Positions 1 through 13,041 of a stretch of DNA of 64,000 bases are shown here, in pieces. The notes beneath the pieces were generated by a model, which saw only the letters and a list, made by a program, of their open reading frames with translations, ran no database searches and was not told where the DNA came from. The stretch covers positions 24,614,001 through 24,678,000 of the forward strand of contig OZ231126.1 in NCBI GenBank assembly GCA_965153355.1, in the 5' to 3' direction. The position numbers and the translations under genes are program-made. Numbering within the stretch: the first letter of the stretch is position 1; each line of letters opens with the position of its first letter. This DNA comes from Flaccisagitta enflata (lineage: Eukaryota).

Positions 1-577
1 CACTACTGCTAAGTACCTTCTCGGACCCCTATCTCCCTTTTCTCAATCCCTTTCCATCCTTCTCAAGCGTCCGCCCACCCCTTTTCCTTCTCACTGCCAC
101 CACCGCTGCATCTTTGGCTACCCCTTTTACTACACCGGTCATTATTTTTGCCATTGTTACTACTGCTAAGTTTGCCGTTACCCCTGTCGCTACCCCTCAA
201 TGCCGTCAACATTTTAGCGGCCGTCGCCATCGCCACTCCCTCCGCCATCGCCGTCATCGCCACCACCATCGCCAATATTTCGCCCTAGCCGCTGTCGCAG
301 TCGCAGTCGCCGTGATATCCCTCGATTCTCTTACAGCTGCAACCGAAAACAGCGGCTTCAGCGACAGCAACAGCAGCAGCAGCAGCAAGCAGTAGTAACC
401 CGCCGCGGCCGCAAAGACGAGGCCAAAAGCCAAAGTCGAGCGCGGGTTAGAAAAGGAGAGGTGATGGAAGAGTGACCAAGAAAGGCAAAAGGAAAAGCTG
501 AAAGGGAAATCTGAGAGAATCAATTTGAAGGGCAATAAAACCGACAAACGTTGAAGGAAAGACTTTGGGTTTATAGA

Positions 578-659
<82 letters not shown>

Positions 660-912
660 GAGAGAGAGGCGGAAGTGAAAAATTGGAAATCCATGGTGAA
701 CACAAGGACATAGACGTAGCGTAAATCCATGAATAAAAAACGTATGTGTAATTTTAGAAGATTTGAACCATGATTACCATTTAAAAACACAGTTAAATGA
801 CGGATGGATAGTCCTTTATCTTCATATACGAATCGTCATTTTCGTTCATGTACGGTAAACCCTTTCGCGGAAATACACGTTTTATAGAAGGACCCGAATT
901 CTACTTACCAGT

Positions 913-1903
913 CGCAATAACTATGGCAAAAAAAAAAACCAAACAGTTACTTCTTTTGCTCATAAATCCTTTGAAAATTCACCCAGCAAGCTGAAATTTT
1001 TACTGAAGTTACATTTTAATGTCCTTAAGCATCACCTAAAAAATCAATGACTTGCTCTAAATAGTTTAGGAATTATCGATTTTTTAAAAGTGCTTGTCAG
1101 ATGATCAGAAATTCAATGTACTCACATAAGAATTTACAAAAGATGAATAAACAAACTTTAAAAAACCGTACTAAATCTAGTCCGATTTTAATGAAATTTG
1201 AAGTGGAGGTAGACCACATTGTCAGCAAGCTGTGGTAAAAATTTTATTACGATACTCCGATTATTTTAGCAGAAACAGCAAAATTTCCTAAACTTTTTTT
1301 TTTATGGTTTTAAGAATGAAGTAAATAAAGATGAAACCTGAAATATAAATCAATGCTAAGGCCATAGTTTTTTACCAATTATCGTAATTTTCTAACTGGT
1401 AACTTTTGTACATATGGTGCATCTCCAGTAAAATTTTTGTGAAGATTGAAGCATTTTTAGTCCCCCAAATCGCAAAAATATTCCAACAGGTAGCAGAATA
1501 TTTCTTATGCTGAGCAAGCTTACAATTAACCAATATCTACCCCATTAGACTTCATCTGAGTAAAAGCTAATTTTGCCTAGTATTAGTAAATAGCACCATC
1601 AGACTGCAGTTCAAAAATCATAACAAAACTCCCAAAACTGTTTGCACAATGCCAATTTTACTGAAAATAGTGTAATTTCTATTTAGGATAAAAGTTATCT
1701 CTGGCAGTCCAAAAATGAGGTTGCTTCAGTAAAAATGTGATAACGGCTAAAGTTTTCAACGGATTTGGATGAAATTTTAACCAGACATAGTCCAAATCAT
1801 GGTTATTATTCACTGTAAATTTTATGCAAATTGGTCAACATCTTCATACGTTTTTGCTCTCTCAAAATTTGTTTGGTTTTTTATTTTGCCATAGTTAATT
1901 GCG
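913..1903. mobile_element. Non-autonomous DNA element with terminal inverted repeats
   Basis: CGCAATAACTATGGCAAAA...ACCAAAC at 913 is the reverse complement of GTTTGGTTTTTTATTTTGCCATAGTTAATTGCG at 1871-1903. The interior is AT-rich with recurring GAAATTT subrepeats. Confidence 0.7.
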
Positions 1904-1944
1904 GAAATCTTCTCAAATGACATGATTATCACCCTTGAACTTAA

Positions 1945-2356
1945 AACAAGTGACGCGGGGTCACGATATCGTTGCGGACGGGTGGGCAAGGGCATCCAAC
2001 CCCCATCTACACCCCTTCTCCCCCACCAACACACATATCCAAAAAAACAAACATCTATAACGCTCGTTTTTCCACTTTTTGACTCCTGCGTTATGGACGG
2101 AACGACGGACTGATGAATAGACCAACGGCCGGACAAAGCCTCTTATAGAGTTGTTAACAAAATCACTCGATCTAATACCAAGAAAGAAGAATAAGGCCGG
2201 ATACACGGCCAATACTAGTCGCGGACGGGTGGGCAGGGGCGTAAAATGCGTGTTTTCGCACTTTCCAACTTGATCATTACCGACCAACGGACGGACGGAC
2301 CAACGGATGGTCGGACGGACAAAACCTCTTATAGAGTCGCTAGCCCGCGAATAAAA
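1945..2356 (+). mobile_element. Two tandem copies of a short interspersed DINE/HINE-like element with internal (GACG/GACC)n
   Basis: Shared motifs GCGGACGGGTGGGCA(A/G)GG, TTTTC(C/G)CACTTT, GACGGAC repeats and GGACAAAGCCTCTTATAGAGT. The same family recurs more than 20 times in the window. Confidence 0.7.
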
Positions 2357-2780
2357 ACGCAGGAAAGGAAGAAGAAGAAAAAGAAGAATAGTAAAGGTAG
2401 CGACCAATCCAGTGATAGAAGGCCTCCGCTACCCAGTACGGGCCGCACTTCTGAGGCCCCCCTTCAGGAGCCTTCTAAAGACAAATCGATACAAATAATA
2501 GCATTACTCTACATATAAAGACATGGAGAGTAGAGTCTCGAAAATATTTGCAAACTAGTTAGCAAATGAATTGTGTGATTTTGACCATTGTAAGCCGCAT
2601 AACTCAATAAAGTTGATAAGTTTTAAGCTACGAAGCACATCACAATATTAAATAATAAAGCTGAATGCATGGTTCATGATTCAACGAATCTTTCCTAAAA
2701 TGAAATTACACGAAATATTGTAAAATGTTTTTCTGCAATATGCAAATTAGCTATTTGAATAACAATCCGGTTCGGAAGAA

Positions 2781-3020
2781 ATTTCGAAGACGCTACTGAT
2801 TTTTTGTTTTTACCGGGTTTTCCCGTTTGGGCGAAGCTTTAATTCGAAAAGATTTGGGTTGAAATGTATAAAACCCAGCTATCACCTAACGCTCGCCCTG
2901 ACCCTAACCCTAACCCTAAAACCACACCCAACCCCAACCTCAACCCTAACCCTACCCCTAACCCTAAATAAAAAGCCGCTCAGAAAGCAAGTAAAACAAA
3001 AGACATCATCGCGTTGGAAA
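2781..3020. mobile_element. Small degenerate inverted-repeat element containing a (CCCTAA)n telomere-like tract
   Basis: CCCTAA-type units at about 2885-2967, with imperfect inverted ends (TGATTTTTTGTTTTTAC ... GTAAAACAAAAGACATCA). Confidence 0.5.
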
Positions 3021-3557
3021 ACAGTACCATTTGGTTCTACATACACCAAATATTATTGAAATCGCACACGTCCAAGAAGAAACAAGGCCGAATACATGGC
3101 ATGACAGTCACGGACGGTTGGGCAGGATTCGTAATGCAAAAACCGCTTGCAATTCAAAAAAAGTTAGGGACAGAAAGACCGACCAACCGATCAATCTGGA
3201 CTTGTTGTGGTTAAATGGAATGAAATACAGTCTTGAAAATTTACAACTCCAACATGGAGACAATATTGTTGATGCCGATGTTGTACCTAGATAATATCCC
3301 TTTCGATTTTGCAAGTAGATATCGATTGGGCTCTGATTATGCAAATGGAGCATGATGTGTGCTTGGAACATTTTTGAATGCCCAAATGAAGTGCATCCGT
3401 ACTCAATAGCAGATGTAGCCAATGAAACTGGATAACGTTTTTACCAACAAAATGAGTTTTTGATGAGATTCTCTTTTTAGAGAAAGGGTTATTTTTGTAA
3501 AATTCAGATCAAGATTAGATGAAAACACCCGGTTCAGATTTTCTAATTTGTTATAAG

Positions 3558-3619
<62 letters not shown>

Positions 3620-4122
3620 AGAGAAAGAGAGAAAGAGAGAGATTGAAAAAGAATGACAGACAGAAAAGAAAAGTGACAAACAAGGAAAAATAAAGTTGAT
3701 CAAAAAAGAAATAATGACACCTTGAAAAGAAGACCTAATCAACAAATAACAAGTGACGCATTAAGCTTGACTTTAATTCTATCCTGTAAGGGTATGGTTT
3801 CTTAATAATGTTGCCCTCGGGTGTTTGGTTGAATTTATACAGATAACAATCATAAGCCCTTATCTTTTTTTGTAAAGCAATAATGTTTTGGGTTAGACTA
3901 AGAATGGATGTTTGCTAAGTTGATTTTGCTAGATGGATAACTAGGAGTGATGCGCATAGTAACTAGTCAGTGAGGGGTCACAAGGCCTTCATCCATACTT
4001 TTCAGTTTGGGTATAGTGAGGGATATGGTTCCACTTGGCACGGAAAAAACTCAAGGTTTCTATGATTAAAAAAAAACCTAATAGCAGATAACTACCCAAA
4101 CGAGTAATGTGAGGTCACAATA

Positions 4123-4719
4123 CTATCTTCACAATAAAAATCTTTACACTATGAAGATAAGTTCATTTATTGATATTAAAATGAGTACTAATCGATTTTA
4201 GAGCCATCAATATTTAGTGTGAGCCCCAGTTGACTGAATTACAGCCGACATTTGTCGAGGAAGTGTTTTGAAGCGCTTTTTGAGGTATTTTGGGGTGATG
4301 GCTATTCAGACCATTCTCGCTACTTTTTTGATCCCCTTTCTTCGCAACATTTAGACTTATACAAGCTCCAAAAAGACTCAACAAATCATTGAAAAATTGG
4401 TGACATAAATGAAGCTCTTCGAATTTGCAAGCAGTCTACGCAAACCGGATCTGTCTAGCTCAATGCGTTTAGAAGTAATTCAATAAGGAATAAAATTATA
4501 TTGTTTGAAGAAAGTGTGAAAATGCTAAATGCAACATTGAAATATTTCATTCAAAGTTGGATAACATTTGAACACATCAAGTTAGAGAGAGATGCGGTTT
4601 GCGTAGATCGCTTGCAAATTTGAAGAACTTTAATAAAGCCACCAATTTTTTTAAGATCGGGCTAACATAATCAGATATATCAGTTAAAACATGTGTAATG
4701 ATTTTCATTGTGAAGATAG
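4123..4719. mobile_element. MITE with CTATCTT termini and an internal inverted repeat
   Basis: CTATCTTCACAAT ... ATTGTGAAGATAG termini. Inner arms at about 4392-4451 and 4590-4651 are reverse complements. Confidence 0.7.
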
Positions 4720-5470
4720 CATAATTTCAAAGAGGTGGACAGGGGTGTACAAGAAAAAATATTCAAGAAGTATTTCAAATGCTCATTTTTTTTTTACTCA
4801 GTCATTTTTTTTTACTCAATCATTACTGATGGACCGATAGATGGACAAAGCTGCTTCTAGAGTTGTGTGTCTGCAACTAAAAACTAACGCAAATGAAGAT
4901 TTTACACATCTGTTGGCAAAACGTGAGGCGCTTAACTAAATTGAAACCCCTGATTCTAGGCCGAGTAGACATGAGAATGAAGAATAGAGAGGAGAACACA
5001 AGGGACGCGGGGTCACAATATCGTTACGGATGGGTGCCCAGTGGGGAGGGGCGTTCAAACCCCCATCCACTCCTAACACCCCCGCCCCTCCCTAGACTCA
5101 TTCACAAAAAGCATCCAAAAGTAAAACACTTGCTTTTCAACTTTTTGACTCATGCTCATGGACAGACCAACCGACGGACGGACCAATGGATGGACAAAGC
5201 CTCTTTTAAAATTGCATGTCCGCAACCAGAAAGAAAGACTAGCTCTCTATCTTTCTTTAACCGAAGATTCTTTTTTTGAGGATGACATTGTAGGGCCATC
5301 ATGAAAGGAGGAAATAAATCATTCGTCATTTTCTCGTCTTCTTCTTTTCCTGTCCCTTTCCTGCCGCTTTGCCCAGTTTCAAACTAAGACCAAGAAAGAT
5401 CTATTTTGGTGGATTTTTCATGATTTAATTTAGGGTAGCAGATACGATGTGGATCATGTCCCTTAGGAGC

Positions 5471-5895
5471 TACAGTTAAATCCCGCTCTAAAGGATTTTA
5501 AGGGATTAACATATTTTATCTGTCATATGCGGAATTCTGTTGTAGTTAATAAAACATAAAAGGAAACTCATTGAAGGGACCAAGAATAAGCACAGTCGAA
5601 CCCTGTTGGACCTGCCACCAACGGAATTCCGCCTATAACAGATGGCATCTTTGAATTAATTTCTTTAAATTCCTTTGTTGGTAATAACAGGATTCCATCT
5701 GTAACAGAAAAAAAATGTTGGTTCTTTGAAATCCACTTCAGCGGGGTTCAACTGTATCTTTTTCTCTCTGAACGAATTGAGGAAGAAAGAACAATTATCT
5801 GCAGTTTATTAATTGCTTGTGTATGTGTTTGTCTCTGCCATTTTCCTGACGAAGTAAAAGCCATTCATAGTGTTAGAGGCGGAATTCTGTTATCA
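5471..5895. mobile_element. Nested pogo/Tigger-like MITE copies (TA-CAGT termini)
   Basis: TACAGTTAAATCCCGC at 5471, a second CAGTCGAACCC at about 5593, GCGGGGTTCAACTGTA ending 5756, and repeated GCGGAATTC submotifs. Related ends lie at about 9330-9364, 11180-11340, 34865-34898, 35118 and 42338. Confidence 0.55.
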
Positions 5896-6348
5896 TGATT
5901 TTGGAGCTTCCTATTTACGATTGTCCCTCAGTCCGTTTGCCCGTTAGTCCGTTCGTCCGTTAGTGTTAATATGCATTTTTTATCACTTCCCCAATCATAT
6001 GCTTGATAAGCCAATTTCATCAATACCCGGGAAGTGGGTAAACCCGCGATGCCCCAGCCCATGCTAAAACAACTAGAGTAGCCGATTCTGTGCCACCTCC
6101 ATTGTCTGTCACACTTAAGTTCAAACGGCTCATGTTTAACGGCACCTTTTCTTCTATCTTTTCTCTCATCTTGTCATCTTGCATGGCCCATACTGATGAC
6201 CATCTAAATTCGTTACGCTGCTTCATTTTCTTATTTTCATAGCCAAACTGGACGCGACTTTCATCGTAGTCGCTGGTAGCATTTCCCTTTTGTCGTCGTC
6301 GTCGTCGACTCATCGTTATCATTCTCGTCCGTTTGTAATCGTCGTCAT

Positions 6349-6379
<31 letters not shown>

Positions 6380-6620
6380 ATCGTCATCATCGACATGGTT
6401 TGTCATCATGAGTCTCTTGTCGTCTTCTCTCAAGAGAAGGATAAATGTAGGCTCTCAAGCTGTGGACACTGGCGCTAACAACCTTTAAACACGACCAATA
6501 ACTCAACTCTCGTAATTAGGACAAATTCGGCAGAGCAAGTAAAGTGCTGCCGATTGGACTCTCCGTAAAGTGGATTTTGTGTGGATTGAATAGTAGGCGT
6601 AGGTGTTGAGGGTGTTTAGG

Positions 6621-6881
<261 letters not shown>

Positions 6882-7834
6882 CTCTCATGGCTATCTGTAT
6901 TAGCTTTTTTTCTGTATTGACATCCATGGATATAAATGGGTTTGAAGTTACACGTAACAAGAATGTAAAGTAACGTAACAATTTTCGTAACTGTTGTTGT
7001 CGATGTTAAGTAATAGTTGTTGTTGTAGTTGCCTGTACTGTGGTCGTCGTTGTTGTTTTGGTCTCAGCTGTTGTCGTTGTTGACGATGGTGCACAAGTCG
7101 TTGACCCCAAAAGAACGGTTTTTGTTTGCTTTCCATTTGCCTTGTTAGCGCTCCACTTTTCAAAGAACGCCTCATATTTGCCTCCTCCTTCGTTCCATGT
7201 TTTGAGTCGCTGGCTAAGCGACTCTATAAGAGGGTGTATCCGAACGAAGGCATGAAGGAAGATTGGTAACATGAAATTTTGGATGACGCAAAATCGGCTG
7301 AAACATTAACATCTGAGCATTATGGCCCATACCCACCCCTATTACTGCCCCTGCCCACCCGCCAGCGACTATTTACTGGCCGTGTATACGGCCTTGTTTT
7401 TCTTTTCTTCAAGTTTTGGCTTGTCTCGATTCCTTTTTTTTTCAGGCTGTTGCTTCATTCCACTAACACCAACGCACCTTCCTGCTTTCTCTTTTCTTTT
7501 CTTTCTCTTTTTTTTTTTTTTTTTTTTGTGCGACAAAGCACCTCTATAACTGGCCTTGTTTGTTTCTCGGTCGGTCGGTCGGCCGGTCGGCCGTTCGGTC
7601 TGTCTTTTGGTAACGCATTCGTTCGACGATCCACACGTCGCACCTTATTGGCCTACTTTGCCTTGCTCTTCTATGAACGGACGGAACGAAATGAGAAACG
7701 GGATAGAAAGATGGATGGATAGAACGAATAAACGAATGGACAAATGAACGAATAAACGATTGAGCGTATGAGCGAATGAGCGAATGAGCGCATCATTAAA
7801 ATGAACAAAAGAACGAGTGAATGATTGACTGAAC

Positions 7835-8022
7835 GAATGAATGAATGTATGAATGAATGAATGAATGAATGAATGAATGAATGAATGAATGAATGAATGA
7901 ATGAATGAATGAATGAATGAATGAATGAATGAAGGAATAAAGGATTGAGGGATTGAATGAATGAATGAATGAATGAATGAATGAACGAATGAATGAATGA
8001 ATGAATGAATGAATGAATGAAT
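7835..8022. repeat. (GAAT)n microsatellite
   Basis: Direct reading. Confidence 0.97.
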
Positions 8023-8543
8023 GCCTTACTCATTCGTTCACTCTTTCACTCGTTTGCTAGTTTGATTCTTTCCTCCTCTCTTTACGAAATGATGCCAGGA
8101 GAAAATGCAAAAAAGGAGAGGCAAAAAAGGAGAACGAAAGTCTAAGATGGATAGAGGACAAAAGGTTTTGTGTTGTCTGTGTGTGAGAGGAAATGAAAAA
8201 AATAGGAGAAGGAGAGAGAGAGAGAGAGAGATGAAAGAAAGACAGACAAACCGACAGACATAAAGACAGTCAGACTGGAAGTCAGGCAGACAGAGTGAGA
8301 GACAATGAGAGAGGCAGGCAGATAAAAAAAAACAGCAAAAAACGGATATACAGACACATGTTTGCCGCCAGACATAGAGAAAGACATATCAACAGGCAGA
8401 TAGACATAAAGATAGACTGAATCTCTAAAAACGAAGGAGAGATGCATTCACTCATTTTGGTTCCATTTTGCAGCCAGAACACCCACACAGATTCTTCTCC
8501 CTAAAGACAAAAATCATTCCTTTCTGCTATCTTCTTCTCTAGG

Positions 8544-8545
<2 letters not shown>

Positions 8546-8601
<56 letters not shown>

Positions 8602-8602
8602 G

Positions 8603-8674
<72 letters not shown>

Positions 8675-8675
8675 G

Positions 8676-8726
<51 letters not shown>

Positions 8727-8735
8727 CCATCATCA
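8546..8735. repeat. Compound (CT)n-(CAT)n microsatellite
   Basis: Direct reading. Confidence 0.97.
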
Positions 8736-9522
8736 TGGTGTCCGGGAGAATGGCAAAGGCAAAAAACTAGGAAACGATTTGAATCGCAGGAAAACACAAT
8801 CGTAACAAAACATCATCAGAAAACAAATGAGCCGTGGGACTCGAGACGAGGATCGCTGAGGCTTGGGCGGACAGACAAACAAAAGAATGCTGACAGACGG
8901 ACGAACGCACATTTGATGGATGAGTTTGGAGAAAACATATAAACAAACGAGCAGACCAACAAATCAGTTGCACTTGATGGGCAAATAACTGAGAGAAAAA
9001 TCTTCGTCGTTGATCCACTTGCACCATAATGACCAGATAACATTCCTAATCATGTTCTAAAAAACACGCAGTTCTTTTTATGAAAAAAAAGACTAAAATG
9101 TAACTATTCTGAAAGAAAAAAAGAATTTATACATGTAATGAAAATAAAGGGTCATCAAGTCAGAACAATTTTTAACTCCACGTAACAGTATACAGTTGAT
9201 CTACACAAAAGTGCAAATCAAGGGACTGGTTAAAATTATGCTATCTAAAGAAGCTGCCCAAATGCCAATTTAAGAATAACCACAAAATCTTTCATGGGAA
9301 AGTGAGTGGTAAGTGTTGAGGGCATGTATAAATAGCGGGTGCGCTATAGCAGTGCTCCACTGTATTAAGGTTAAATAAGAAATCCCCAGTTCCTTGAAAC
9401 CCGTTATTGCAAGAGTTCGCTGTATCTCCAGAACATTCACACAATATCGTTACGTCCGAGTGACTTTCCACATCTGCTAGTGACTCTCTCATCATCGTGG
9501 ATATCAGATTTTCGTAATGGAA

Positions 9523-9858
<336 letters not shown>

Positions 9859-11644
9859 TTTAAGAATAAAAGAGTGACAGAGTAAAAGACAGACAGGGAG
9901 ACAGAAAGACAAAGAGTCAGAAACAGACCAACGAGAAGAGAAAGAAAGAAAAGCAAAGAGAGAGAGAGAGAGAGGAAGAAAGAATAAGAATAAAGAGGAA
10001 GGTAGGGAAAGCGAAAGGAAAAGAAAGATATTCGAGATTTGAGATTTGGCGAATATGTATGGAAGCTGTGGACATTAGGGCAGGGACGAAGGGAGGAGCG
10101 ATTCGTACATATATTCCAGTTGGGAGGAGTTACATTGGACAGGAGGAGGAGAAGGAGAAGAAGGCGGAGGAGGAAGACGAAAATCCGAAAGAGAGTAGAA
10201 TTAGGAGGAAGAAGAGGAGGAGGAAGAAGTGGTCAAGAGGAAGAAAAAGAAAAAGAAAAAAGGAAAAAAAGAGAAAGAAGAAGAAAGGGAAGAGAAGGGT
10301 AGAAAAAAAAAAAGAAATAGAAAACGAAAAAGAAAAAGGAAAAAGAAAAAGGAGAGTAAAGTTGTAGGGCAGTGAGAAAAAAGAATAAGAAAAAGAAAGA
10401 AGTAAGAAAAATAAAATGAAGGAGAAAGGTACAGATGAGAATAAAATGTTAACGAATGATGAGGAGGAGTCCCTCCTTTCCTCGGAGATATGATGGACAC
10501 GAGGGACACGAGGGAGGAGCCGTTTCCCCCGAAAAAGCACACGGATAGCCTCATTTCCAACTAGTATAACGGCCTCTCAATCGCCCCAGCTGATTTAAAT
10601 TGAGCAATAACTCAACTCCACGACTTAGGCCGTCCGTCGTCGTCCTACAACCGACGATCAAAACGACGACGACGACGATGACGACATGATGGTGATAACG
10701 ACGATGACGATGACGACGACGAAGGACAAGAGTCGATGATGACGATGACGATGACGATGACGATGAATGGGACGACGACGATGAAGATGACGACGACGAC
10801 GACGACGACGAGGAGGTTGCCCGGCCAAAAACTGACGAAACACACGAGAAAGTCACTGAGGAGAGAAGTTCAAATCTTTATCTAATAAAAGAAAGACAGT
10901 CATAAATTTTCTCTGCTTTTCTTCTGAATTGGTATCTGGACATTCTTCCTTTTCAATCATTTGTTGTTGTCGTCTTGCCATATTCGAACTTTTTGAATAT
11001 TGATTTTTCTCTCGAACATGAGTCTTATTTTTCTCTGCATTCATTCATTCATTCATACATTTCTGTTTTGTTGTCTTGAAGATGAGAACAAAAGATCAAT
11101 TTTGTATTTGCCCGAGTCAAATGTTCGTAGCGGTACCAAGTGCAAGAGTATCCGTGAATTCTTGGGAGTCTCCAACAGTCTCTAACAGTCACTAATGTCT
11201 TTCCAGCGACCAACAGATAAAATTATCTGTTAGCTATGAAAATCTATTGTCGCTAATAGAAAGCAAAAAATATCGAAGGGATTAAAGCTACATGTTGAAT
11301 GCCGTTGCTAGCGGGTCCGTTGAGCGGGGTTGTCTGTATCGCTAAGTCAACAAATGAACAAACGAGTGTAAAACCGCTTGTAAATATATAAATCCCCAGT
11401 CTCAATGCGCGGTCGTTACCCTCACCATCCTTTTGTGTGTTTACAGGTCCCAGTTTTCCCAACACGCTTCTGTTAGCCTTCTCTCTCTCTCTCACACATT
11501 CTCGTGGGTATTCAATGAGGAGAAACAGTAATAAAGGCATAAATCAACGAAGGAAAAATGCATTAAATCAAAACTTCGCCCCCACACCGAAAATTTATTC
11601 CTCGCGCAATACATTCTGGAACGTCAACAACGTGGACGCCACGT

Positions 11645-11702
<58 letters not shown>

Positions 11703-12610
11703 CGTCTTACATTTCGCCTCAAACGCGAACGCGCGATTTTCGCGATCGGTGAAGTCTCTCCTTCTCTTTCTCCTTCTCATTCTCTCTTTATTTTCGCTCT
11801 CGCTCTCCTTTCTCGCTCTCTTTTATTTAGCATCATCCCTTGCAACAATCCTTGTTCCTCCTCCTCCTCCTCCTCTTCCTCTTCTTCTCCGTCGACGTCT
11901 CATCTTCACGGGGTGGTCCATCCTTCGCTCGCTTATCTCTCTCTCTTTCTCTTTCTGTGTCTCTGTTTTCCGTTTTCATTCTTGTCGACGAAGACTGCTC
12001 ATCGTTGTCATCACATTCATTTTGCAGCATCATCACTTTATGTCTTTCTTTTTCTTTCTTTTTCTGTCTTCATCACTTGTTTATCCTAATTACTATTTCA
12101 TTCGCATTACGACCTCCCCCACAGTAAAAGTAATAAACATGTCAATATTATGGAAACAGAAAAAAAAAGCATGCGAGATGTAAAAGGAAAAAAATACAAG
12201 TCTTTTTTTTTCCTTACTTTTTCATTTCTTAATTCACCACCACGAAAAGAAAACAAAATCCTAACTTAAAACTAGAAAAAATATCTCAAGACAGGTTTTG
12301 GTCTTCTTTCGTACACATCGACATCTAGCGACCAGCCTCACCTTTCGCATAGTGGCGATTCTGACTTCATTTCTTTTTCCTTACTCTCTACATAGTTGTC
12401 TCTTCTTACTCTGTTCATTTTCTTCAAAAAAACTCCTGTTGTTTCTTCATCTTCTTCTTTTCATTTTCCCCTCCTCTTCTACTTTGTCTTCATCTTCCTC
12501 TTCTTTCTCCTCCTAAGGAAAAAAAAGTGAAAATAATTTTAGTTTCTCGCCTCAGTCGACGTTAATGCGACATTAACTGTTTTACGGGAAACTCCATAAA
12601 TTTTCAATTT

Positions 12611-12651
12611 CGCACTTACAAACATTTTTTTTCCTTTTTCTCCCCCTTCAG
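12611..12651 (+). promoter_or_regulatory. 3' splice acceptor upstream of the Hox coding exon (cis- or trans-splice)
   Basis: Branch-like CACTTAC, long pyrimidine tract TTTTTTTTCCTTTTTCTCCCCCTT, then CAG ending at 12651. Confidence 0.6.
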
Positions 12652-13041
12652 GCTAGAAGTAGAAGAAGAAGACGCAGCAGAAGAAGATAGTGAGTGCGAG
12701 AGAAGTGGATTGTTAAAAAAAAAGAAAAACAAAATATCAACCTTTCAACGGAACGAAAACGAAACCTTCGAAAACAAAAAGACAACAAGAGAAAACATTG
12801 TATCCTTCGACTTGTTCTTGTTACCTGTTATCAAGCTCGCACGCGTGTACGTTTGTGTGCGTGTTTTTGTGTGCTTTTACATATTCGTCTTCATCTCTCT
12901 TCTCGACTCTGACTGCTTCATCATCTGTCTCAACAACAAAAACAACAACAATTCATCCGTCGAAACAACACATCTCTTTCCCTCTCTGTCTCCGTCACAT
13001 TCTTCAAAAATAAACAAAGAAACAAAACAGCAACAACAAAA
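12652..13041 (+). other. Probable 5' UTR portion of the Hox exon
   Basis: About 390 nt between the acceptor and the ATG in which I found no ATG; it ends in an A/C-rich leader. Confidence 0.55.

Noticed and set aside
1-560. GC-rich ORFs at the window start
   Set aside because: Degenerate GCC/CAG hexamer and trimer repeats with no coherent protein.
11437-12183. 248-aa ORF upstream of the Hox exon
   Set aside because: Pyrimidine-rich low-complexity sequence with a (CT)n tract and non-ATG start; more likely promoter, UTR or intron.
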